Assembly: GCA_965229995.1 (NCBI GenBank)
Contig: OZ245933.1
Coordinates: forward strand, 1,040,792-1,104,791
Source of the DNA: Thermodesulfobacteriota bacterium
GTDB lineage: Bacteria; Desulfobacterota_D; UBA1144; Nemesobacterales; Nemesobacteraceae
Reading direction: 5' to 3'
DNA: 64,000 bases
Position numbers and translations under genes: made by a program. The notes below the pieces were generated by a model, which made no database searches, was not told the DNA's origin, and saw nothing but the letters and a program-made list of their open reading frames with translations. Below are positions 28,005-38,228 of the stretch, in pieces. How positions within the stretch are numbered: position 1 is the stretch's first letter; every line of letters starts with the position of its first letter.

Positions 28005-29450
28005 ATGGAAAAAGATCTTCCCAGAATAAAAATCTATAATTCTCTCTCGCAGAAAAAAGAAGATCTTATCGCCTTTGAAGGAAGCAAGGTCCGGATGTAT
28101 GTCTGCGGCCCCACGGTATATGACTCCGCACATCTGGGACACGCCCGCTCCGCGGTGTCTTTTGACGTGATACAGAGATTTCTCAGATACGCCGGCTACG
28201 ACGTGCTGTTCGCGAGAAACTTCACCGACATAGACGACAAGATAATAAACCGCTCAAACCAAGAAGGAGTAAGCTGCGATGAGATCTCCGAGAAATACAT
28301 AAAGGAATACAAAGAGGACATGGCTTCAATAGGGGTTGAGACTCCCGATGCAGAGCCACGGGTAACTGAGCATCTAGAGCAGATAACGGCGCTTATAGAG
28401 AAGATAATGGAGAAAGGCTTTGCCTACCGCTCGGGCAACAACGTCTTTTTTTCCGTAAGAAAATTCCCAGACTACGGAAAGCTCTCCGGGCGCTCTCTTG
28501 ATCACATGCTCGAGGGAGTCAGGATAGACGTAAACGAAGAGAAGGAAGACCCTCTTGATTTCGCGCTCTGGAAGGAGTCAAAACCCGGCGAGCCGTCCTG
28601 GAAGAGCCCCTGGGGAGACGGAAGACCCGGCTGGCACATAGAATGCTCCGTTATGAGCATGGAATACCTGGGAACAAATTTTGAGATACACGGAGGGGGA
28701 AAAGACCTTATTTTCCCGCATCACGAGAACGAAATAGCACAGTCAGAGGCCGCATCCGGCGAACCGTTTGCAAGATACTGGCTTCATAACGGCCTGATAA
28801 GGATAAACAAGGAAAAGATGTCAAAATCCTTGGGGAACTTCTTTACCCTGTCTGAGGCCACAAAGAGATGGTCCCCAGAGGCCATAAGGCTTTTTTTCCT
28901 CTCCCACCACTATCAGAATCCCGCCGATTTCTCAGAGAAAAGCATGTATGACAGCGAGGCGTCGCTTGAGAGAATATACCTCACCCTGCTAAGAGCAGCC
29001 GAGGCGCGGGAAGCGAAAGGCTCCGACCCTGAGCTTGAAGGTTCGATCAGGAAATTCGAGGAGGATTTTCACTCCTCGATGAGCGATAATTTCAACACCG
29101 CTGACGTGGTGGGAAATCTTTTTGACCTGATACGTTCAATCAACAGGTCTCTTGATTCCGTGGGAAAGACTCAGAGCGCAACCCTTGCGCTTGAGAAGAT
29201 AAAGGAGATCTGCGGAGTGCTCGGAGTGCTGTCCGAGGAGCCTGCCGAGTACATGGAAAAAAGAAGGTCCACCGCCAACCTCTCCGACATAGACCCCCTG
29301 GAGATAGAGAAACTCATTGACGAGAGAACCTCTGCCAGAAAGGAGAAAAACTGGAAAAAGGCCGATGAGATCAGGGACTACCTAAGCTCCAAAGGCATAG
29401 TGCTTGAAGACCGCCCTGACGGCACTGACTGGAAAGCGCAGAGAACCTGA
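28005..29450 (+). CDS. cysS: cysteine--tRNA ligase
   Basis: HIGH-like motif [16 protein letters not shown] and KMSKS are both present. The N-terminus aligns from [14 protein letters not shown] (28005), with an alternative ATG at 27987. The 516 aa ORF-track frame from 27900 is probably over-extended. Confidence 0.9.
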   Translation: MEKDLPRIKIYNSLSQKKEDLIAFEGSKVRMYVCGPTVYDSAHLGHARSAVSFDVIQRFLRYAGYDVLFARNFTDIDDKIINRSNQEGVSCDEISEKYIKEYKEDMASIGVETPDAEPRVTEHLEQITALIEKIMEKGFAYRSGNNVFFSVRKFPDYGKLSGRSLDHMLEGVRIDVNEEKEDPLDFALWKESKPGEPSWKSPWGDGRPGWHIECSVMSMEYLGTNFEIHGGGKDLIFPHHENEIAQSEAASGEPFARYWLHNGLIRINKEKMSKSLGNFFTLSEATKRWSPEAIRLFFLSHHYQNPADFSEKSMYDSEASLERIYLTLLRAAEAREAKGSDPELEGSIRKFEEDFHSSMSDNFNTADVVGNLFDLIRSINRSLDSVGKTQSATLALEKIKEICGVLGVLSEEPAEYMEKRRSTANLSDIDPLEIEKLIDERTSARKEKNWKKADEIRDYLSSKGIVLEDRPDGTDWKAQRT

Positions 29451-29569
29451 TCATCGTGATTCAAGTTCTGCCGAGGGCAACCGACACTCCTCTTTGAGTC
29501 TGTCCTAGTGAATCTTTGTTGCATACCACTTCAATTTCGTAACACTAACGTTTTTTTTACAGCTTCGTT

Positions 29570-30148
29570 ATGCTAATTAATATGGGCACGTTGCTATTTA
29601 TCATTGGCTTTTTAGCAAACGCTTTCCTTTTGACAATGCTGGCACTTGGCCAAGTAAAAGAAAACTTCCAATTCTGGCCCCCGCCAAAACGCGACTCCTG
29701 GCAATATCGATCCTTGTGGGGAGCGATCAGAGTTCTGGTTCTTTGTATCGGATTGATTTCATGGTTTGAATGGTCGTCTTTAGATATCCCGCACTGGTTA
29801 CGCTTTTATGTAGCACTGCCCATATTTGTCATTGCAGCGGTGCTCGGCACCGTCGCGTTCCTGCAGCTCGGGTGGCGTAACTCACACGGAGAAGCCGCCG
29901 GATTTATTGAAACGGGTTTGTATAAATACAGCAGGAATCCACAATACGTTTTTTATTCGATCGCCGGTGTTTTTCTGGGCGTATTGGTAGCCTCGCCAAA
30001 GGCAATCGTGCTGCTTGTACTGGCTATCTTTTGTTACCTAAGCGCTCCCTTTCCGGAAGAACGGTGGCTCGCAAAGCAATACGGTGAAAGATATTTGGCA
30101 TATAAGCGTCGGGTCCCACGCTACTTGGGGTTACCCTCTGCAAAGTAG
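29570..30148 (+). CDS. isoprenylcysteine carboxyl methyltransferase (ICMT/PEMT)-family membrane methyltransferase
   Basis: 192 aa, multiple TM helices. C-terminal signature YKYSRNPQYVFYSIAG...PFPEERWLAKQYGERYLAYKRRVPRYLG (NPxY...EE..L..YG..Y..Y...VPR). Confidence 0.65.
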   Translation: MLINMGTLLFIIGFLANAFLLTMLALGQVKENFQFWPPPKRDSWQYRSLWGAIRVLVLCIGLISWFEWSSLDIPHWLRFYVALPIFVIAAVLGTVAFLQLGWRNSHGEAAGFIETGLYKYSRNPQYVFYSIAGVFLGVLVASPKAIVLLVLAIFCYLSAPFPEERWLAKQYGERYLAYKRRVPRYLGLPSAK

Positions 30149-30205
30149 TTTCTTAACTTGAGTTGCAAAGCTCAGAAGTGCACCCATTCCCCCCGCTAGA
30201 ACAGA

Positions 30206-31207
30206 CTAGATATAGATCCCCATGTATTCCATGGCCCTCTTAACGTTCGCCGGGCTCTGGGTCTCCCCCCTGCAGCTGTACCAGCAGGAAGTGCACTTGG
30301 TTTTGCCGTAAAGATTCGGCTCGTACTCGGTGTAATGGGCAGCGACGGGCATCTCTGAGCAGCGTTTTAAGTGACCGCTCGGGGTAACGTGTATGTGGCT
30401 TATGCCCGCCAGGCAGTCAGGAACGCTTCCCCTTTCAAAATAGCCCGGGATTTCCCTAAGGTAGTACTCTGTCGAGAGTATCGTTCCCTTCCACTCCCTT
30501 CGAAGCGCGATCAGTTCCTCGACCAGGTCACTTACCTTTGACAGGGCTTCCTTTTTAACGAAGTGGTCTTCGTTGTTGGTTTTCATAACCGAGTAGGAGC
30601 TAAAAGATATTGCTATGCCCCACTCTCTTGCCTTTTTCGCTATGTCGACAACCTCTTCAAGGTTGTCTTCCATTATTATGGTGTTTAGCACAAGGCTTTT
30701 GTCCGGAAACCGCTCCGCCAGTTCGGGAAGGGTTTCTGACAGTTTTTTCCAGAGACCGGGAATGCCTCGGTAGGTATCATGTTTTTCCCCCGGAAAATCG
30801 AGGGAGACGGCGATCTGATCTATCCCCGCGTCAAAAAGCTCTTCGGTTTTCTCCTCGGTCAGGAAATCCCCCTTGGTGACCATGGAAGTAAAAATGAACA
30901 TGGAGCATCCCTTTATCTGCCTTACGATATCGGGAAGATCCTTTCTGATCATGGGCTCCCCGCCGGTAATGACCGTGACGAGAGGATTTATCTTCTTTAT
31001 GACGGGCGTGTAGTCAGAGAGACGCTCTTCGTGTCTCGTCTGCCAGTAATCGCAGAAATCACAGCGGGCGTTGCAAAGCTTGGTTATCTCAAGATTAAGT
31101 AGCTTCGGCCTTCCCGTAGCCTTGATGTAAAAATATTTTAATGTGCCGCTCAGGGCCTGTCTTGGAGCTATCATCGGATTATCTCTTTGACGTCTATTAT
31201 AAATCAT
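30206..31207 (-). CDS. radical SAM enzyme with C-terminal SPASM-like Cys-rich domain
   Basis: 333 aa. CNARCDFCDY gives the CxxxCxxC radical SAM cluster, a glycine-rich SAM motif VITGGEP follows, and the C-terminus carries CLAGISHIHV...C...KCTSCWYSC auxiliary-cluster cysteines. Confidence 0.7.
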   Translation of the reverse strand: MIYNRRQRDNPMIAPRQALSGTLKYFYIKATGRPKLLNLEITKLCNARCDFCDYWQTRHEERLSDYTPVIKKINPLVTVITGGEPMIRKDLPDIVRQIKGCSMFIFTSMVTKGDFLTEEKTEELFDAGIDQIAVSLDFPGEKHDTYRGIPGLWKKLSETLPELAERFPDKSLVLNTIIMEDNLEEVVDIAKKAREWGIAISFSSYSVMKTNNEDHFVKKEALSKVSDLVEELIALRREWKGTILSTEYYLREIPGYFERGSVPDCLAGISHIHVTPSGHLKRCSEMPVAAHYTEYEPNLYGKTKCTSCWYSCRGETQSPANVKRAMEYMGIYI

Positions 31208-31277
31208 CCGCGTGATTTACCAAACCTCGACGCAAAACTGTATAATTAACGTAGAAACTCAGGGGAGGTAAAGACAT

Positions 31278-31559
31278 TTGTCAGTAAAAACTATAGAGGT
31301 TGAAATCTATCAGTGCGATCACGTAAGTCCTGGAGGAGAGCGATGCGAACTTGCGGGGGAAAGAAACTCGATCAAGCAGTGCATAAAGTGCGGTGTGGAT
31401 ATCTGCAGCCGCCACTACCAGCTGATCACGATCAATCGAAGCGGAAGCATCCTTCTTTCCTACTATTTCTGCTTTGATCACGCCGAGGAATTCATCACGG
31501 GACGTATAGAAGAGTTCGGAGATACAAGACCCACGGGAGCGGGCGGGATGGGAAAATAG
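31278..31559 (+). CDS. small Cys-rich (zinc-ribbon-like) protein, divergent from the radical SAM gene
   Basis: 93 aa. A TTG start sits 9 nt after GGGGAGG. The Cys pattern is C13, C23, C35, C38, C43 (QCDH...C...CIKCGVDIC). An overlapping minus-strand ORF (31281..31562) looks less plausible, having no comparable RBS. Confidence 0.45.
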   Translation: MSVKTIEVEIYQCDHVSPGGERCELAGERNSIKQCIKCGVDICSRHYQLITINRSGSILLSYYFCFDHAEEFITGRIEEFGDTRPTGAGGMGK

Positions 31560-31587
31560 CAAATCCTGTCATCCTCATCAGAAAACC

Positions 31588-33144
31588 ATGAAGCTCTCAA
31601 CCAAGCGAATCTCAAGGGAAATAGATCGAAGGACGATTGAGGAATTCGGCGTGCCGGGCGTTGTGCTGATGGAAAACGCCGGAAGAGCCGTGGCGTCGCT
31701 CATCCTCGGCGAGTATCCCTCGGCTAAGAGAATAGCGGTTATCTGCGGCGCCGGGAATAACGCCGGGGACGGCTTCGTAATCGCTCGCCATCTGATTTCC
31801 TCGGGAAAGGACGTGAGCATCCACATCGCCGAGAGAAAAGAGCGCTACAGGGGAGACGCAAAAACAAATCTCGACTCACTTCTCGAAATCGGGTCTGAGG
31901 TAAGGGAACTAGGTGGAAAGCTCCCCAGAATAAAGGACGTGGACGTGATAGTCGACGCCATTTTCGGCACCGGACTTGACAGGGATGTGGGAGGGTTTTA
32001 CGAAAAGCTAATAAAATTCATAAATCGCCAGAGCGCCCGGCGCGTCTGCGTGGACATACCCTCGGGACTTGATGCCGACACGGGACGACCTCTTGGAATT
32101 GCCGTAATGGCAGACGTCACCGTCACATTCACTCCCGCGAAGCTTGGGATGTGCATTTACCCTGGAGTGGATTACGCGGGAAAGCTTTGCGTAGCGGACA
32201 TAACAATCCCCAGGCTGCTTTGGGAAGACCTCCCCCTCGAACTTCTCACGTTTCAAAAATGCCGGGGACTCATAAAGAAAAGAGCCGCCGATTCCCACAA
32301 GGGAACCTACGGACATCTTCTTGTGCTCGCGGGTTCTCCGGGGAAAAGCGGGGCCGCGGTTCTCTGCGCCGAGGCGGCGCTTCGGGCCGGAAGCGGACTC
32401 GTCACCCTGGGAATTCCAAACAGCATATCCCCCGCCGTGGAAGAGAAAACTACGGAGGTAATGTCCGTTTCACTCAAGGACTCAAAGGACGGAACCTTCC
32501 ACCCGGACGCGCATGAAGAAGTGCTAAGAGAGCTTGACGGAAAAAAAACGGCGCTTGCCATCGGCCCAGGAATATCGACCTCTAAAAGCGCCGAGAAGTT
32601 TCTGGAAAAGGTGATAACGCAATGCGAAGTGCCGATAACTCTTGACGCCGACGCGCTTAACATAATTTCAAAGACCCCGGATATTCTCAAAAAAACAAAA
32701 GTTCCCGCGGTAATAACTCCGCATCCCGGCGAAATGGCAAGGCTCTGCGGCGTTAGAACAAAGCAGGTGCAGGATGACCGTATCGGAACCTCAACACGGT
32801 TTTCCGAGAAATACGGCTGCTACGTAGTTCTAAAAGGCGCCCGGACAGTCGTCACTACCCCGGGCGGAGAGGTGTTCATAAACCCGACTGGAAATTCCGC
32901 TATGGCCACGGCCGGAACCGGAGACGTGCTTACGGGAATAATCGGCGGGCTTGCCGCCCAGGGATACGACTGTCTTCAGTCCTGTCTTCTCGGCGTTTTT
33001 CTCCACGGTCACGCTGCAGACCTTCTTCTCGAAGAAACAGGTGCGGCGGGTTTTACGGCGTCTGAAATATCGCGTAAAATCCCGGCTTCAAGAAATTCCG
33101 TCATTTCGTCCACGGAAGAAAAGCACTTCTCTACGGTAAGATAG
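31588..33144 (+). CDS. nnr: bifunctional NAD(P)H-hydrate repair enzyme (epimerase + ADP-dependent dehydratase)
   Basis: 518 aa. N-terminal YjeF-N domain (ENAGRAVA, CGAGNNAGDG) and C-terminal carbohydrate-kinase-like dehydratase domain (GTGDVLTGIIGGLAAQG). Confidence 0.85.
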   Translation: MKLSTKRISREIDRRTIEEFGVPGVVLMENAGRAVASLILGEYPSAKRIAVICGAGNNAGDGFVIARHLISSGKDVSIHIAERKERYRGDAKTNLDSLLEIGSEVRELGGKLPRIKDVDVIVDAIFGTGLDRDVGGFYEKLIKFINRQSARRVCVDIPSGLDADTGRPLGIAVMADVTVTFTPAKLGMCIYPGVDYAGKLCVADITIPRLLWEDLPLELLTFQKCRGLIKKRAADSHKGTYGHLLVLAGSPGKSGAAVLCAEAALRAGSGLVTLGIPNSISPAVEEKTTEVMSVSLKDSKDGTFHPDAHEEVLRELDGKKTALAIGPGISTSKSAEKFLEKVITQCEVPITLDADALNIISKTPDILKKTKVPAVITPHPGEMARLCGVRTKQVQDDRIGTSTRFSEKYGCYVVLKGARTVVTTPGGEVFINPTGNSAMATAGTGDVLTGIIGGLAAQGYDCLQSCLLGVFLHGHAADLLLEETGAAGFTASEISRKIPASRNSVISSTEEKHFSTVR

Positions 33145-33149
33145 TTCAA

Positions 33150-33644
33150 ATGGAACCCGAATTCCTCTTAGAAGTCAGCAAGCCTGAACAGACAATGCTT
33201 TGCGGTGAGATAATGGGAAAACTCATTCCCCGTGGTTCAATAGTGGGTCTTACGGGGGAGCTCGGCGCGGGAAAAACGGTCTTTGCCAAGGGTCTTGCCC
33301 GCGGTCTGGGAATAAAAGAGGAACCCAACAGCCCGACTTTCGTCATAATGAACTGCTATGAAGGCAGGATTCCTCTTTTTCATTTTGACGTCTACAGGCT
33401 CTCGGGCGGCCCTGAGTTTGAGGATACGGGCTACGAGGAATTTTTTTACGGAGACGGCGTTTCGGTCGTGGAATGGGCGGACAGGGTTCGGGATGTATTA
33501 CCTGCAAACGCTGTTATAATTGATATCCAATCTCCACCCCAGGCGGGTGATGAATCAAGAACGATAAAAGTAACAGGTGAGGGAAAATGGCTCTTGTCAT
33601 TCAGAAATACGGCGGAACAAGCGTTGCGAGCATCGAGAAAATAA
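33150..33644 (+). CDS. tsaE: tRNA threonylcarbamoyladenosine biosynthesis protein TsaE
   Basis: 164 aa with Walker A GELGAGKTVFAKG and SPTF..MNCYEG. The 3' end overlaps the lysC start by 58 nt in a different frame. Confidence 0.8.
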   Translation: MEPEFLLEVSKPEQTMLCGEIMGKLIPRGSIVGLTGELGAGKTVFAKGLARGLGIKEEPNSPTFVIMNCYEGRIPLFHFDVYRLSGGPEFEDTGYEEFFYGDGVSVVEWADRVRDVLPANAVIIDIQSPPQAGDESRTIKVTGEGKWLLSFRNTAEQALRASRK

Positions 33645-34825
33645 GGCGCGTGGCCAAGCACGTTGTAGAAACGAAAAGAAAGAAAAATGATGTGATAGCG
33701 GTGGTTTCCGCGATGGCGGGTGAAACCGACAGGCTCGTCGGCCTCGCAAAAGAGGTTATGGACCCTCCTGACGAAAGGGAGTTTGACGTGATAACCTCAA
33801 GCGGGGAGCAGGTCTCTTCCGGTCTTCTCGCGATGACGATAAAATCGCTCGGCGAGGACGCGATATCGTTCCAGGGACACCAGATAAGGATCACTACAGA
33901 CAACATTTACTCGAAGGCTAAGATAAAATCGATCGACGACAGGAATATCCGGCTTGCTCTCGGAGAAAAAAAGGCGGTCGTTATAGCCGGATTCCAGGGA
34001 GTTGACGAGGACGGGAACCTTACCACGCTCGGGCGGGGAGGTTCAGACCTGACCGCGGTGGCGCTTGCGGCGGTAATGGGCGCCGATGCGTGCGAACTTT
34101 ACAAAGATGACGTCGACGGGGTCTACACCACGGACCCCGGGATCTGTCCCGACGCCAGAAGACTCAGCCGAATTTCCTACGACGAAATGCTTGAGATGGC
34201 GTCTTTGGGCTCCAAGGTGCTGCAGGCCCGCGCGGTTGAATTTGCAAAAAAATTTAAAGTGCCTATACATGTTAAATCAACTCCAAGGCCCGGGGACGAG
34301 GGGACGTGGGTTCTGGACGAGGAAAGAGTTATGGAATCCATGGAAGATGTTGTTGTATCGGGAGTCACCTACGACAGGGACCAGGCGAAAATCACCGTGA
34401 CGCAGATGCCCGACCAGCCCGGCATAGCGGCGATGCTTTTCTCGTCGCTTGCGGACAAAGACATAGTTGTCGACATGATCGTTCAGAACGTCAGCATGGA
34501 GGGGTTTACCGACCTCACGTTCACCGTTCCCAAGTCGGATTTCAAGAAGTCAATAAAACTCTCGGAAAAGATTGCCCGGGAACTCGGGGCAAAGCAGGTG
34601 ATCTCCGATAACCTTATCTCCAAAGTCTCTTTAGTGGGCGTGGGGATGAAGACTCATTCGGGAGTGGCGTCGCGCATGTTCCGAACGCTTGCAAACGAGG
34701 GAATTAACATTATGATGATAAGCACTTCGGAAATAAAAATCTCCTGCGTGCTTGAGGAAAAAGACACCGAAACCGCCGTGAGAACTCTTCACGACGCTTT
34801 TAATCTTGGAAAAACCGATGAGTAA
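33587..34825 (+). CDS. lysC: aspartate kinase
   Basis: 412 aa. Starts MALVIQKYGGTSV (canonical aspartokinase N-terminus) and has C-terminal ACT domains. Confidence 0.9.
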   Translation: MALVIQKYGGTSVASIEKIRRVAKHVVETKRKKNDVIAVVSAMAGETDRLVGLAKEVMDPPDEREFDVITSSGEQVSSGLLAMTIKSLGEDAISFQGHQIRITTDNIYSKAKIKSIDDRNIRLALGEKKAVVIAGFQGVDEDGNLTTLGRGGSDLTAVALAAVMGADACELYKDDVDGVYTTDPGICPDARRLSRISYDEMLEMASLGSKVLQARAVEFAKKFKVPIHVKSTPRPGDEGTWVLDEERVMESMEDVVVSGVTYDRDQAKITVTQMPDQPGIAAMLFSSLADKDIVVDMIVQNVSMEGFTDLTFTVPKSDFKKSIKLSEKIARELGAKQVISDNLISKVSLVGVGMKTHSGVASRMFRTLANEGINIMMISTSEIKISCVLEEKDTETAVRTLHDAFNLGKTDE

Positions 34826-36404
34826 CTCAAAAACCGTTGAAATATACGACGTGACCCTGCGTGACGGAACCCAGGGAGAGAACATATCCTTTTCCATAAA
34901 CGACAAAGTCCGGATAACGGAAAGACTGGATGACCTCGGGGTGCATTACATAGAGGGAGGATGGCCGGGTTCGAACGAGAGGGATAAGGGGTACTTTGAA
35001 GAAGCAAAAAAACTGGGGCTTAAAAACGCAAGCGTGGCGGCTTTCGGAAGCACAAGACGCGCGAAAAAAAGCTGCGAAGAGGACTCGAGCATCCAGGCGC
35101 TTCTCCAGGCAGAAACCCCCGTTGTGACAATCGTCGGAAAAAGCTGGGATTTTCAGGTGACCGAGGCTCTCAAAATAGAGCTTGAGGAAAACCTTGAACT
35201 CGTAAACGACTCAATCGAATACCTAAAGCACCACGTGGACAAGGTGTTCTTCGACGCCGAACACTTCTTTGACGGCTGGAGGGGAAACTCCGAGTATTCC
35301 ACAAAAGTCCTTGAGACGGCCTTGGGGGCCGGAGTTGACACGGTGGTTCTATGCGATACAAACGGCGGCTCGATGCCCTGGGACATAGAAAACGCCATAA
35401 TAAAGGTTAACAGCAGGTTCGATAACCCGAGTATAGGAATACATACCCACAATGACGGGGAAGTCGGGGTCGCCAACAGCCTCTACGCGGTAAGGGAGGG
35501 AGCGTCCCAGGTTCAGGGAACCATGAACGGTTACGGGGAACGGTGCGGCAACGCCAACCTCTGCGCCATAATACCCAATATAGCCATAAAACTCGGGATG
35601 GACTCTATTTCCAGGGAAAATCTGCGTAAACTCTATTCCGTATCCCATTTCATTCACGAACTTACAAATCTTCCAGCTCTGAAAAAGCAGGCTTACGTAG
35701 GTGAAAGCGCTTTCGCGCACAAGGGGGGAATTCATGTAAGTGCCGTCATGAAAAATTCCGATACCTACGAGCATATAGAGCCCCAGAGTGTCGGCAACAG
35801 AAGGCGGGTGCTGGTCTCGGATCTCTCCGGTCGGGCCAACATAGCCTACAAGGCTCAGGAACTTGGAGTGGATATAGACCCCAAGGACGAAAGAATCCTG
35901 AAAATACTGAACGAGCTCAAAATTCTTGAAAACCAGGGTTACGAGTTCGAAGGGGCGGACGCCTCTTTTGAACTGCTGGTGAGAAGAACTCTCGGAACCT
36001 ATAAAAAGCGGTTCTACCTCAAAAACACCAGAACGCTGGTCGAAAAGAGGGAGGGAGACGAAGAACCACTGTCCGAAGCGACCGCGGAGGTCCAGGTAAA
36101 CGGCGTCACGGAATATACAGTGGCAAGGGGAAACGGTCCCGTAAACGCGATAGACGGGGCCCTTAGGAAATCGCTTGAGAAATTCTTCCCCGGACTAAAG
36201 ACTCTGCGACTGCTTGATTACAGGGTAAGGGTCGTGTCGAGGTCAGGCGGTACCGATTCCGTCGTTCGGGTGCTTGTCGAATCGGGAGACGGGGAGAAAA
36301 CTTGGAGCACTGTGGGAGTCTCTGACAACATAGTGGAAGCAAGCTGGAAAGCCCTTGTCGACAGCATAGACTACAAGATATTAAAAGACGAGTTAAGCGC
36401 CTGA
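34806..36404 (+). CDS. cimA: 2-isopropylmalate synthase family protein, probably (R)-citramalate synthase
   Basis: 532 aa. N-terminal YDVTLRDGTQGENISFS (HMGL-like TIM barrel) and the HTHNDGEVGVAN motif, plus a LeuA-type C-terminal regulatory domain. The cimA-versus-leuA call is by resemblance only. An alternative start MSNSK lies at 34818. Confidence 0.7.
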   Translation: MEKPMSNSKTVEIYDVTLRDGTQGENISFSINDKVRITERLDDLGVHYIEGGWPGSNERDKGYFEEAKKLGLKNASVAAFGSTRRAKKSCEEDSSIQALLQAETPVVTIVGKSWDFQVTEALKIELEENLELVNDSIEYLKHHVDKVFFDAEHFFDGWRGNSEYSTKVLETALGAGVDTVVLCDTNGGSMPWDIENAIIKVNSRFDNPSIGIHTHNDGEVGVANSLYAVREGASQVQGTMNGYGERCGNANLCAIIPNIAIKLGMDSISRENLRKLYSVSHFIHELTNLPALKKQAYVGESAFAHKGGIHVSAVMKNSDTYEHIEPQSVGNRRRVLVSDLSGRANIAYKAQELGVDIDPKDERILKILNELKILENQGYEFEGADASFELLVRRTLGTYKKRFYLKNTRTLVEKREGDEEPLSEATAEVQVNGVTEYTVARGNGPVNAIDGALRKSLEKFFPGLKTLRLLDYRVRVVSRSGGTDSVVRVLVESGDGEKTWSTVGVSDNIVEASWKALVDSIDYKILKDELSA

Positions 36405-36406
36405 GA

Positions 36407-37366
36407 TTACCCCTCCGCCCATTTCGGGTTACCTCTTTTTATTACGGCTCCCAGATGTTTCTGGTTTCTCTCCCGGGCAAGTCTCATCTGTTTCTGTCTT
36501 TCCTCAAGCGATGAAATTCTCTCGGGCGTAAGTCTCCCGTGGCAACGCGGGCAAGATATCCCCTCCCGAAACCCCTTGGATTTCCTGTCTTCCGCAGATA
36601 CAGGCGCCCTGCAGTTTCTGCAGGTACTCCAGATTCCCTTCTCAAGCTCGTGGCCGACCGATGTACGGTCATCAAACACAAAACATTCCCCCTCCCAGAG
36701 GCTCTGCTCCAAAGGAACCTGCTCAAGGTACGAAAGCACTCCTCCTTCAAGCTGATATACTCGCTGAAAACCCTTCTCAAGAAGATATGAGGTCGCTTTC
36801 TCACACCTTATTCCACCCGTGCAGAACATCGCTATCTCCTTGTGTTCCCCGGGGTCGAGGTTTTCTCTTACGTACTCGGGAAACTCCCTGAAATGGGCCG
36901 TCTCCGGGTTTACCGCGCCCCTGAAGGTTCCGACGCGGTGCTCGTAACTGTTTCTCGTGTCTATAAGAAGCACGTCGGGGCGGCTTACAAGCTCGTTCCA
37001 CTTCTCGGGCGGGACGCGCCGCCCTGAGAGCCGTTGCGGCTCTACGTCGCCCACACCCATCGGGACCAGTTCCTTTTTGAATTTAACCTTGAGCCTGTGA
37101 AAGGGGCTTCGCTCGTTATAATTCAGCTTGTACCGCACGTCTGAGAGCCTCATATCGCTCTCAAGATAAGAAATAAGCCGGTCTATGCCTTCCCGGGGAC
37201 CGGCCACCGTGGCGTTTATCCCCTCTGTGGCAAGAATAAAAGTGCCGTTTATCCCGTTTTTCTCGCAAAACGAGAACAACGAAGCTTTGATCTCCTCGAG
37301 GCCGTCAAGATCCACGAACTCGTAGAAGGAAAGGACGACGACGTGATTGTCGGGCCGTTCACTCAT
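36407..37366 (-). CDS. trhO: rhodanese-domain tRNA uridine(34) hydroxylase (TrhO/YceA family)
   Basis: 319 aa. Central rhodanese domain with the active-site loop CTGGIRCEKA, and a C-terminal CxxC...CPRC zinc ribbon. Confidence 0.75.
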   Translation of the reverse strand: MSERPDNHVVVLSFYEFVDLDGLEEIKASLFSFCEKNGINGTFILATEGINATVAGPREGIDRLISYLESDMRLSDVRYKLNYNERSPFHRLKVKFKKELVPMGVGDVEPQRLSGRRVPPEKWNELVSRPDVLLIDTRNSYEHRVGTFRGAVNPETAHFREFPEYVRENLDPGEHKEIAMFCTGGIRCEKATSYLLEKGFQRVYQLEGGVLSYLEQVPLEQSLWEGECFVFDDRTSVGHELEKGIWSTCRNCRAPVSAEDRKSKGFREGISCPRCHGRLTPERISSLEERQKQMRLARERNQKHLGAVIKRGNPKWAEG

Positions 37367-38219
37367 CCTCCATGGCCCCGCTCAGGCTCTCCCACTTTGA
37401 CAGGTAACCCAGAAGGTGCCGCCTCTGGGGATTTTCTGACTCTTCTTTTATCATGTCGCGAAGCAACCGCTGTTCTTCGGCATACTGGTCTGAATCAAAG
37501 TGTCCGATCGAATGGGCCATCCTGAGCCATAGAAGATAGGTCGTAAGCGCGTCGCACTCGTTATAGGCGACTATTTCGTCAAGCCTGCCGACAAGCCACA
37601 TCGGGGCGACCTGTTTTCCGTCAACGCCATCCATTTTCCCTGGGATTCCGCTTACAACCGATATTTCGTGAAGAGAAGGGGTCCCCTTCCCCCACGCACT
37701 TATGCAACGCATTAGATCGATGTTCCAGTCGCTTCCGCGGGCGAAAAAATCAGCGCCTTCCCAGGGCCTGTTAGGCCTTTCCGTAAAAAAACCGCCCTGG
37801 AGCCCATTCTTAATCATTCTCTGAGCCAGAATCGGTATATCAGAACCCGAGGAGTTGTATCCGACAAGCTGCGGGTGGTGCTTATCGAGGATCTTGAAAA
37901 AGTCTTCTATAATTCTTCTCTCCGAGCAGTCTTCGGCGGAAGTCGGAATTGACGGAATGGAGTGAAGCTTGAGTCTAGACACCGCTCCGTCCTTATCAGA
38001 TTCCCGGAAAACCATCGAGATCGAAACTATCCTGGAGAGAACCATCTTAAGAAACGGCATTGGCTCTTCCTCCGTCGCCCCGCCCTCCTTCCACATCAAC
38101 TCAATCGCTTCACGATCGGAGATGTCTTCGGGAAATCCGTACGCGGCCTTTCCCGACTCAGGGTCGGGAACCCACTCTATGTCAAAGGCAAGAATCCGGG
38201 ATTTTACGTCTCTGAACAT
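37359..38219 (-). CDS. DEDDy-type 3'-5' exonuclease (PolB exonuclease-domain-like, stand-alone)
   Basis: 286 aa. Exo I ILAFDIEW, Exo II LVGYNSSGSDIPIL and Exo III YNECDALTTYLLW motifs are all present. It overlaps the trhO start by 8 nt. Confidence 0.65.
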   Translation of the reverse strand: MFRDVKSRILAFDIEWVPDPESGKAAYGFPEDISDREAIELMWKEGGATEEEPMPFLKMVLSRIVSISMVFRESDKDGAVSRLKLHSIPSIPTSAEDCSERRIIEDFFKILDKHHPQLVGYNSSGSDIPILAQRMIKNGLQGGFFTERPNRPWEGADFFARGSDWNIDLMRCISAWGKGTPSLHEISVVSGIPGKMDGVDGKQVAPMWLVGRLDEIVAYNECDALTTYLLWLRMAHSIGHFDSDQYAEEQRLLRDMIKEESENPQRRHLLGYLSKWESLSGAMEDE

Positions 38220-38228
38220 CCGCTGCGG

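Noticed and set aside
31281-31562. Minus-strand 93 aa ORF overlapping the Cys-rich plus-strand ORF. It would be co-directional with the radical SAM gene.
   Set aside because: It has no convincing RBS and no motif. The plus-strand frame has a GGGGAGG-9nt-TTG start and an ordered Cys pattern. The plus-strand gene is kept, at modest confidence.
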